Positions 19,153-27,059 of a stretch of 64,000 nucleotides of DNA are shown piece after piece. Positions within the stretch are counted from its first letter, which is position 1; the number at the start of each line of letters is the position of its first letter. The notes beneath the pieces were generated by a model. It was not told where the DNA came from, did not search any database, and worked only from the letters and a program-made list of their open reading frames with translations. Both the position numbers and the translations under genes were made by a program. This DNA comes from an uncultured Methylomirabilota bacterium (GTDB taxonomy: Bacteria; Methylomirabilota; Methylomirabilia; Methylomirabilales; 2-02-FULL-66-22): contig OY970067.1 in assembly GCA_963705305.1 (NCBI GenBank), forward strand, positions 1,184,001-1,248,000. Reading direction: 5' to 3'.

Positions 19153-20328
19153 ATGACGATGAAGGCCGCCGCTCGCCACGCATTGTTGGGGTGCCTGGTG
19201 TTGTTGCTGGTGGCACCGCCCGGCGCCCTGGCGCAGGCTCCCCCCCCGCCCCCCGCGGGTGCCCCGGCTCCGCCGACCTTCTACGCGGAAGAGCTGGATC
19301 AGCTCCTGGCGCCGATTGCCCTGTATCCCGATGCCCTCCTGGCGCAGATCCTGATGGCGGCCACCTACCCGCTGGAGGTGGTCGAGGCCGCCCGCTGGGT
19401 CCAGGCCTATCCCAGCGTCCAGGGGCCGCAGCTCGAGGCGGCGATGCAGCAGCAGCCGTGGGATCCGAGCGTGAAGTCGCTGACGGCCTTTCCCCAGGTG
19501 CTCGCCATGATGAGTGCGAGGCTGGACTGGACCCAGAGGGTGGGGGACGCCTTCTTGGCCCAACCGCAGGACGTGATGGCCACCGTGCAGCTCCTGCGGG
19601 CCAAGGCGCAGGCCGCCGGCTACCTTCAGAGTACCCCTCAGCAGGTGGTCGACGTCGAGCCCCAGGGCATCCAGATCGAGCCGGCGGACCCGCAGGTCGT
19701 CTATGTGCCTATTTACGACCCCACCGTGGTGTACGGGCCGTGGTGGTACCCGGCCTATCCCCCCACGTATTGGTTGCCGGGGTACGTGGCCGGGGCCCCG
19801 GCGTTCTCGTTCGGCCTCGGCGTGGCCGTGGGGGCGGCGCTCTGGGGCGGCTTCGACTGGGGCCACCACAGCGTCCACATCAACGCCACCAACTTCAATG
19901 CCTTTAACCGGACCACCATCACAAGCCCCGCTTGGCACCATGACCCAAGTCACCGCCGGAATGTCCCCTACTATGCTCCCGGGGTGCGGCAGCAGTTCGG
20001 GCAGGGCCCGCGGCCGGGCGTGGACGCCCGGGAGGCATTCCGCGGCCGCGCGCCAGAGGCGCCGCAGCCCGCGGCGCCGCCTGCCGCCGAGCGTCGTCCA
20101 GGCAGCGGAGCGGCCGCGCGCGCCGGGGGCGGCCCGCCGGGCGGTCGGGGCGTGCTGCCGGCTCCCCAGGCGCCCGGCTTCCCTGCCGCGCTCGAAGAGC
20201 TGGGACGCGGCAGCGAGACCCGGAGCGCCAGCGAGCGCGGACGCCTGAGCCGTCAGAGCATGGGGGCGCCCCGGCCCGCCCCCAGCGCGCCGCGGCCGAC
20301 GGGCGGCGGGGGCGGACGGCGCAGGTGA
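19153..20328 (+). CDS. DUF3300 domain exported protein
   Basis: ELDQLLAPIALYPDALLAQILMAATYPLEVV, WDPSVKSL, VYVPIYDPTVVYG. Confidence 0.92.
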   Translation: MTMKAAARHALLGCLVLLLVAPPGALAQAPPPPPAGAPAPPTFYAEELDQLLAPIALYPDALLAQILMAATYPLEVVEAARWVQAYPSVQGPQLEAAMQQQPWDPSVKSLTAFPQVLAMMSARLDWTQRVGDAFLAQPQDVMATVQLLRAKAQAAGYLQSTPQQVVDVEPQGIQIEPADPQVVYVPIYDPTVVYGPWWYPAYPPTYWLPGYVAGAPAFSFGLGVAVGAALWGGFDWGHHSVHINATNFNAFNRTTITSPAWHHDPSHRRNVPYYAPGVRQQFGQGPRPGVDAREAFRGRAPEAPQPAAPPAAERRPGSGAAARAGGGPPGGRGVLPAPQAPGFPAALEELGRGSETRSASERGRLSRQSMGAPRPAPSAPRPTGGGGGRRR

Positions 20329-20416
20329 AGGGTGTCGCGGGCGCCCCGGGGATGAGCTCCCCAACGTCCACCCCGTGCGGAGCATTGAAAGCATGGCAGC
20401 TCTGGAGGAGTCCAGG

Positions 20417-21397
20417 ATGTCCTCACCCACTCGGCATGCGCGCCTCACCCTGACCCGGCGGCTCGCCATCGCCGCCGTGGCGGTGTTCCTCATCGGTGCG
20501 GTCGGCCCCCCGGCAGCGGTTGCCGCCAGCCCGGCGCAGCGGACCTTCGCCTCCCCCGAGGAGGCGGTGCAGGCCCTCGTGGCGGCCGTGAGAGCGGGGG
20601 ACACGAAGGCCCTCGCCGCGATCCTCGGCCCCGGGAGCAGGCCCCTGATCCGGTCGGGAGACAAGGTGGCCGACGCGCAGGCGCGGGAGCGGTTCGTCCA
20701 GGCGTATGAGCAGGCGAACAAGCTGGAAAACCCCACCGGGACGCGGGCGGTTTTGGTCCTGGGCCAGGACGAGTGGCCGCTGCCGATCCCGCTGGTGAAG
20801 GAGGGAGATGCCTGGCGCTTCGACACCGCCGCGGGGAAACAGGAAATCCTAAACCGCCGCATCGGGCGCAACGAGCTAAACACCGTGCAGGTCTGCCTGG
20901 CCTATGTCGATGCGCAGCGCGAGTACGCCCGGGTGCCGCGCGAGGCCGACGGGCTGCTCAAGTATGCGATGCAGTTCCGCAGCGACAAGGGCAGGCAGAA
21001 CGGCCTCTACTGGCGGACGCGCGCGGGCGAGACGCCGAGTCCGTTGGGCCCGCTCGTCGCGAATGCCAGAGCCGAAGGGTACCGCCACAAGCGGTCGGGC
21101 CGCAGGCCCACGCCCTACCACGGCTACCTCTTCCGGATCCTGCCGGCCCAGGGCCCGGCCGCGCCGGGCGGCGCCTACGACTACGTCGTCGACGGCAAGA
21201 TGATCGGCGGGTTTGCGCTCGTCGCGTTTCCGGCGCGATATGGGATCTCCGGGGTCATGACCTTCCTCGTGAACCACCAGGCTGTCGTCTACGAGAAGGA
21301 CCTCGGCCCGGACACCGGAAACATCGCGCGCGCCATGGAGGCGTACAACCCGGACGACACCTGGAAGAAAGTGAAAGAGCCGCCGCCCACCCAGTAG
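20417..21397 (+). CDS. DUF2950 family exported protein
   Basis: FASPEEA, WPLPIPLV, RRIGRNE, PYHGY, GFALVA.PA.YG.SGVMTF; adjacent to DUF3300. Confidence 0.92.
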   Translation: MSSPTRHARLTLTRRLAIAAVAVFLIGAVGPPAAVAASPAQRTFASPEEAVQALVAAVRAGDTKALAAILGPGSRPLIRSGDKVADAQARERFVQAYEQANKLENPTGTRAVLVLGQDEWPLPIPLVKEGDAWRFDTAAGKQEILNRRIGRNELNTVQVCLAYVDAQREYARVPREADGLLKYAMQFRSDKGRQNGLYWRTRAGETPSPLGPLVANARAEGYRHKRSGRRPTPYHGYLFRILPAQGPAAPGGAYDYVVDGKMIGGFALVAFPARYGISGVMTFLVNHQAVVYEKDLGPDTGNIARAMEAYNPDDTWKKVKEPPPTQ

Positions 21398-22010
21398 CCA
21401 TTTGCCCCGAGGTCTCCGTCGCGAGCGTTCCAGAATATTCATTGGCCATGTAGGAGCTCGGCCCTCCTGGACTCCTAACCAGCGCCAGCCACTTTCCATT
21501 GCCGGCCAGAGGCGGATCGAAAGGTTCGCTCCATTATGGGGCCGGGCCCCCGGCACCCCCATTGGGCAAAACAGATTCCTCGGCTCTCGTTCGAGTCCCC
21601 AGCGGGGTACGCTCGCGGGCGGCAGCGGCTCTCGCCTTCAATCTCCGGGGGCAGGCTTTTGGGGCGCAAGCCTCCCAACGCCGCAGAACCCCCTGTTACC
21701 TCATTGAGATCCCGAGGGGTTCTCCGTTTCGCGTTCGGTCACGGCAGGTCGTTTGTGTCGCTATCACACCGCCTCCCCTGGAGCCGTGCCGGTGGGGAAC
21801 GATGGGTACCCCTGGCGGACATCGCGACACCCTTGTACGCGCCCCCGAGGGTTCCACCCGGCGCGTCGGCGGGGCGCTTGACAGTGCGGCAAGGCGCGCG
21901 GTAGGCTCGCCCCCGCGGGTGGCCTCGGTGCACCCTCTGCCCGCGAATCGCTGGGAACGGTCAAGCCGTCTGCGGTTGACGGAACCATCGAGCGTCTCGA
22001 GGAGGCACCA

Positions 22011-22193
22011 TTGGCCAGATGCCCATACTGCGCAAGGGAACTGACAGGAACGCAGCCCGCGTGTCCGGATCATTTGCACCTGTGGCAGAAGGAGCCACGA
22101 CACGGCACCGCCCGGTCCGTGGTGCCCATACGCCCCACCGCCAAGCGCCAAGCCAGCCGGAGCGCAGGCCGCAGGGGAGGGCGAGGCCGTTAG
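22011..22193 (+). CDS. putative 60-aa zinc-binding small protein
   Basis: GAGGAGG RBS before TTG; CPYC...CPDH and basic tail. Confidence 0.4.
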   Translation: MARCPYCARELTGTQPACPDHLHLWQKEPRHGTARSVVPIRPTAKRQASRSAGRRGGRGR

Positions 22194-22564
22194 GAACCCC
22201 CCGCTCGGATGAAAGACCGAGGGCACGCTCTGACGGTCAGCGAGGGTGTCCCCAGCCCTCATCCCCGTCTTGCTGCGCGGTGCGCTCCCACCGGCCGGAG
22301 GCCGTTAGAACGTCCGGGCGCGGCTTCTTGGGAACGCTTCCCCCCCATCCATCGTTGGGTGCTCTGCCCTGCCGCTGCGGCCGGCGGCCTCCTCCTGGCG
22401 AGCGTGGCTCGCCCTTTGACGGTGGCTTCTCCGACGGCGTGCGGCGCCACGGCCGCTGCACAGCGGCGCGGCGGGGCACCCGAAGGCGCGCTCCTGGCCC
22501 CTGGGCGCGAGGCGGGGACCCCCGGTCATTGTGCCCGTGAGGAGGCCGGGGGGCGACTTCCGCC

Positions 22565-22660
22565 CAGCGGGTGCCCCTGAAGCTCCTGTGCGACGCCCGG
22601 CTCGACCCCGGGGTCGTCCGGAGCCCCGGCATGTCGGTCCCCCCCGTGACGGTGCGGCGA
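22565..22660 (+). pseudogene. degenerate 3' remnant of an EmrA/HlyD adaptor gene
   Basis: frame reads QRVPLKLL...PGMSV, the EmrA C-terminal signature, directly upstream of emrB. Confidence 0.55.
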
Positions 22661-22739
22661 GGGGGACACTCCATGCGCCGACGAGGGGGCCCCTCCTGCA
22701 GTCGGAGGGGGGGCCGGCACCGCTCGACTGAGGGATGAG

Positions 22740-24290
22740 ATGCCCGTGCCTCCGCGGAACCCGTGGCCGGTGGCCATCGCGGTCATGTCCAGCGCCGTCA
22801 TGGAGGTGCTGGACACTTCCGTGGTGAACGTCAGCCTGCCCCACATCGCCGGCAGTCTGTCCGCGACGGTGGACGAGGCGACGTGGGTGCTCACGTCCTA
22901 CATCGTCGCCAACGCGGTGATCCTGCCCATCTCCGGCTGGCTGGCCAACTACTTCGGCCGCAAGCGCCTCCTCCTGGCGGTGGTGACGGGGTTCACCGTC
23001 TCCAGCGCCCTGTGCGGCATGGCGCCCACCCTGCCGCTGCTGATCTTCTTCCGGGTCATGCAGGGCACGACGGGCGGCGGCCTGCAGCCTCTGTCCCAGG
23101 CCGTCCTGCTGGAAGAGTTTCCGGTGGAGGAACGGGGGAAGGCCATGGCCTTCTGGTCCCTCGGGATCATGGCGGCCCCCATGCTGGGCCCCACGCTGGG
23201 GGGCTATCTGACCGACACCTACTCCTGGCGCTGGGTGTTCTACATTAATTTGCCCATCGGCGTCCTCAGTCTGGTCATGATCTCCCTGTTCCTGTACGAC
23301 CCCCCCTACATCCAGCGTCACTCCACCCGCGTGGACCTCTGGGGGCTGGGGATGCTGGCCCTCGGGATCGGGGCGCTCCAGGTGATGCTGGACCGGGGAC
23401 AGGAGGAGGACTGGTTCGGGTCGCACTTCATCGTGACCCTGGCCATCACGGCAGCCATCATGCTGACGGCTTTCGCCCTCTGGGAGCTGCACGTCCCGGA
23501 CCCCATCGTGCACTTCCGCCTCGTCCAGTACCGGTCCTTCGCGGCCGGGATCCTGCTCGTCACGGTCCATGGCTTCATCGTGTACGGCAGCCTCGTGCTG
23601 CTTCCCCTCTTCATGCAGACGCTCTTGGGCTGGACCGCCGTCACGGCCGGCATCTGGACCAGCCCCCGGGGTGTCGGCACCGCCCTCTGCATGCCGCTGG
23701 TGGGTTATCTCTTGGGCAAGGGGTGGGATGGCCGCAAGATGGTCGCGTTCGGGTTCGCCGTGACGAGCCTGGCCTTCTTCGGCTACTCGCGCATGACCCT
23801 GGACTCCGGGACCTGGGACATCTTTTGGGACCAGATCAACCAGGGGGTGGGCATGTCGTTCATCTTCGTCCCCCTCACCACGCTGACCATGGACCCCATC
23901 CCGCTGACGGAGATGGGCTACGCGACCAGCCTGTACAGCGTGGTGCGCAACATCGGCTCCAGCATGGGCATCTCGTTCGTCACCACCTGGGTGGCCCGGC
24001 GGTCGCAGTTCCACCAGACCCTGCTCGCCGCCCATGTGACGGCCCTGAATCCCCGGGCCCAGCAGGCCCTCGCCCAGCTGCAGCAGTCCGTCTTCCAGAC
24101 GCACGCCGACCCTGTCACGGCCAGCCGCCAGGCCCTCGCCGCCCTCTACGCCATGGTCCAGCAGCAGGCCGCCCTCCTGAGCTATGGCGAGGTGTTCCAG
24201 CTGATGGGGCTCCTCTACCTGGGCGTGGTCCCCCTGGTTCCCCTCATGCGGCGGGCCCGGGCGAGGGCCGGAGCTTCCGGAGTGCACTGA
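22740..24290 (+). CDS. emrB: DHA2 family MFS efflux permease (EmrB/QacA)
   Basis: MEVLDTSVVNVSLP, WVLTSY, LGPTLGG, WRWVFYINLP. Confidence 0.92.
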   Translation: MPVPPRNPWPVAIAVMSSAVMEVLDTSVVNVSLPHIAGSLSATVDEATWVLTSYIVANAVILPISGWLANYFGRKRLLLAVVTGFTVSSALCGMAPTLPLLIFFRVMQGTTGGGLQPLSQAVLLEEFPVEERGKAMAFWSLGIMAAPMLGPTLGGYLTDTYSWRWVFYINLPIGVLSLVMISLFLYDPPYIQRHSTRVDLWGLGMLALGIGALQVMLDRGQEEDWFGSHFIVTLAITAAIMLTAFALWELHVPDPIVHFRLVQYRSFAAGILLVTVHGFIVYGSLVLLPLFMQTLLGWTAVTAGIWTSPRGVGTALCMPLVGYLLGKGWDGRKMVAFGFAVTSLAFFGYSRMTLDSGTWDIFWDQINQGVGMSFIFVPLTTLTMDPIPLTEMGYATSLYSVVRNIGSSMGISFVTTWVARRSQFHQTLLAAHVTALNPRAQQALAQLQQSVFQTHADPVTASRQALAALYAMVQQQAALLSYGEVFQLMGLLYLGVVPLVPLMRRARARAGASGVH

Positions 24291-24304
24291 CTCGGGCGGT
24301 TCCC

Positions 24305-24940
24305 TGTTCTCCGCAAATTCATTCGTTCGTCCGGTCGCGCTGCGCGCCTTTCCTGGCTGTATTCGTGATGGAGCCCACCGAGAATCGCTCGCGCCACGAC
24401 CCGGGTCTTCCGCGGGAGGCGATGCCCAGCCAGCAGGGACGCAGGCACCCCGGGCGATGGCTCCGGCAGGCCCGGACCGAGCCCGGCATGAGGGCGGCCG
24501 CGATTATAAGGGACTTTCCACACACCCAGGATTCGCCGCAGGTGATCCTCGCCGAAGGGAATCAGGTAATCGAGACACTCCCGGCGAAGCGTTCCGAGGA
24601 GTCGCTCGCAAGAGCAATTCGCCAGGGGCGCTTGGACCGGCGTGCGAAGGATGCGGACACCCATCGCGGTAACGCCCGCGTCCAGCCAGGGCGAATAGAT
24701 GCTGTCCCGCTCGTGGAGGACGAACCGGTAGCCGTGCGCCTCGGCGAGGATTTCCCGGACCTGCGGCAGGGTCCACGCCGCGGTTGGGTGGGTCGTGGCA
24801 CTGACGTGGCGTAGGCGGCGGCTCCCGATCTCGAGTGCGACAAAGACATAGAGGACGCGGAACGTCGCGGTCACCACGACGCAGAAATCACACGCCGCGA
24901 GCGTCTGGGCGTGATTCTGGACGAACGTCGCCCAGCGCTG
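24305..24940 (-). mobile_element. truncated integrase-core IS (3' half plus right TIR); relative of the element at 56439
   Basis: QRWATFV.NHA...GGLHHEY closely matches the C-half of 56564-57676; end TGTTCTCCGCAAA; stop codon reads CGA. Confidence 0.85.
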
Positions 24941-24964
24941 CTTGGTCGCGCGGGACGGGGCGCC

Positions 24965-26132
24965 TGTCGTTCCTGAAAACCCGTAATCAGCTTCCCGATT
25001 GACCTCTCCCTCAATTTGCGGCAAGCGGCCCGCCTCGAAGATCCCCTGCTTGACCAAAGGATCCTGCCTCATGATGCCCATCGTGCATGCCTGGCTCCGG
25101 TTCGTGGTCGGCACGTGTCGCTCGCGGATTGGTCTCCAACTCGAAATCGTGGCGCTGCGGCACCAGCTCGCGGTCTACCAACGAACCATTCGGCGGCCGC
25201 AGGTCCGCCCAAGCGACCGGATCTTCTGGGCATGGCTGGCCCGGCATTGGGGCCGGTGGCGAGCAGCCCTGGTCTTCGTCCAGCCGGCCACCGTGCTGGC
25301 CTGGCAGCGCCGACGGTTCCGGGACCACTGGGCGCGGCTCAGCCGGCGGACCACCCCGGGCCGCCCGGCGGTCAGCCCAGAACTCCGGAGGCTGATCCGG
25401 GACCTCTCGACCGCAAACCCGCGGTCGGGCTCGCCGCGGATCCTGGGAGAACTGCGGAAGCTGGGGATTGCCGTGGCGAAATCCACGGTCGAGAAGTACC
25501 GGGTCCGCCCGCGGCGCCCGTCCGACCCGACCTGGCGCGCGTTCCTGCAGAATCATGCGTCGGAGCTCGTCGCTCTCGATTTCTTCACCGTGTCGACCGT
25601 GAGCTTCAAGGTCCTCTTTGTGCTCGTCATCTTGGCGCATGTCCGTCGCCGCGTTCTCCACTTCAACGTGACGGAGCATCCGACCGCCCAGTGGACCGCG
25701 CAGCACCTGGGCGCGGCCTTCCCGTGGGAGGCGGCGCCCCGGGCTCTCCTCCGGGACCGCGATGGGGTGTATGGCGAGACCTTTCAGCAGCGCGTGGCGG
25801 GCTTGGGCCTGGCGCAAGTGCTCACCGCCCCGCGGAGTCCCTGGCAGCATCCGTTTGCGGAGCACCTCATCGGGGGCGTTCGGCGGGAGTGTTTGGACCA
25901 CGCGATCGTCTGCAGCGAGGGTCCTCTCCGCCGCGTGCTCGCGCAATGCTTCCGATGCTATCACCGCTGGCGCACGCACCTCTCGTTGGCCATGGACGCT
26001 CCTGATCGGCGAACCGCGCAGCCTCCAGAGCAGGGTGCTGTTGTCGAGGTCCCGGAGGTGGGTAGGCTACATCACCATTATGAACGGAGGGCCGCGTGAG
26101 GACCGACGTGCGATAGGTTTTCGGGAAGCACA
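24965..26132 (+). mobile_element. IS with TGT...ACA terminal inverted repeats (IS481-like ends)
   Basis: left TGTCGTTCCTGAAAACC versus right (reverse complement) TGTGCTTCCCGAAAACC. Confidence 0.8.
25071..26099 (+). CDS. integrase core domain transposase (probably decayed)
   Basis: LEIVALRHQL, VQPATV..W, ALDFF, RDRD, RRECLD, LHHHY; several odd substitutions. Confidence 0.85.
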   Translation: MMPIVHAWLRFVVGTCRSRIGLQLEIVALRHQLAVYQRTIRRPQVRPSDRIFWAWLARHWGRWRAALVFVQPATVLAWQRRRFRDHWARLSRRTTPGRPAVSPELRRLIRDLSTANPRSGSPRILGELRKLGIAVAKSTVEKYRVRPRRPSDPTWRAFLQNHASELVALDFFTVSTVSFKVLFVLVILAHVRRRVLHFNVTEHPTAQWTAQHLGAAFPWEAAPRALLRDRDGVYGETFQQRVAGLGLAQVLTAPRSPWQHPFAEHLIGGVRRECLDHAIVCSEGPLRRVLAQCFRCYHRWRTHLSLAMDAPDRRTAQPPEQGAVVEVPEVGRLHHHYERRAA

Positions 26133-26251
26133 GGTTCGCTACAGAATTTGGCCGTATTTCATCGTACTGGACCGTACACGTCCTCAAATGCCGAGGCCCG
26201 CGCAACCCCTTGTCGCGCGGGCCTTTTCCTCGAAAACCCCTATGAAACCTG

Positions 26252-26292
26252 TGACTCCCCGGGTAGGACTCGAACTACAACCCAGCGGTTAA
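26252..26292 (-). pseudogene. 3' half of tRNA-Asn (att core duplication)
   Basis: minus strand TTAACCGCTGGGTTGTAGTTCGAGTCCTACCCGGGGAGTCA: anticodon 3' side, T arm with one base missing, acceptor 3' strand; no 5' half. Confidence 0.75.
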
Positions 26293-26393
26293 TCCGCCGA
26301 CGGCGGACTCGCTCCATGTTGAGGAACCTTTAGAATCAGTCTGTTACAACATTGAAAAGGGTCGGTGGAGGTTTTGGTGGCGGTTCGTTTTTC
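26285..26393. repeat. att-arm-like direct repeat, copy 2
   Basis: colinear with 15931-16039; abuts the tRNA fragment. Confidence 0.75.
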
Positions 26394-26568
26394 ATGGGAG
26401 CGAGGTTTCGGTCATCTGACAACAATCTCAGGCTGGCCCTTGATGCAGGCCGTAGTAAGGATCAACCGGGAGGGCTATTTCGAGTATTCGGGAACCACAG
26501 GTCAACCGGTCAATGCGGCAGGACCACACGAGTTGACAGCTCTGCACCTTGGCTACTCAGCTCTTTGA

Positions 26569-26970
26569 CTATTTGACGTCGCCCTCATGCCCCTCGCTCG
26601 CCAGGAAGGCCTCGTAGGCCTTGACGTCCATCAGGGCGTCGAGGTCTTTCGGGTTCGCCATCTCGACCACGATGATCCACCCTGCGCCGTAGCAGTCCTT
26701 GTTGATCAACTCTGGACTGCTCTCCAAGGCAGCGTTCACCTCCACCACGGCCCCGCCCACGGGGGCGTAGACGTCGGAGACTGCCTTCACCGACTCGACG
26801 ACGCCGAATGCCTCCATCGGCTTGACGACCCGGCCGACCTTGGGCACCTCGATGAAGACCACGTCGCCCAGGGCGTGCTGCGCGTGGTGGGTGAGCCCGA
26901 TCCGCCCCCGCGTCCCCTCGACCCTGACCCACTCGTGCTCCTTGGAGTACCTGAGACCCGCTGGGTACAT
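26569..26970 (-). CDS. gcvH: glycine cleavage system H protein
   Basis: YSKEHEW, LGDVVF, VESVKAVSD lipoyl lysine, YGAGW. Confidence 0.95.
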   Translation of the reverse strand: MYPAGLRYSKEHEWVRVEGTRGRIGLTHHAQHALGDVVFIEVPKVGRVVKPMEAFGVVESVKAVSDVYAPVGGAVVEVNAALESSPELINKDCYGAGWIIVVEMANPKDLDALMDVKAYEAFLASEGHEGDVK

Positions 26971-27059
26971 GCGTCCTCCTCTGGTCAACGACCACCCCGC
27001 GCGCGACTGCCGCGGACTGACGCCCACGTCTGGCCAGTCGCCCCCACACACGATGGGTC

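Noticed and set aside
22183..22308. GAGGCCGTTAG occurring twice, as possible attC cores
   Set aside because: no matching inverse core or palindromic arms upstream
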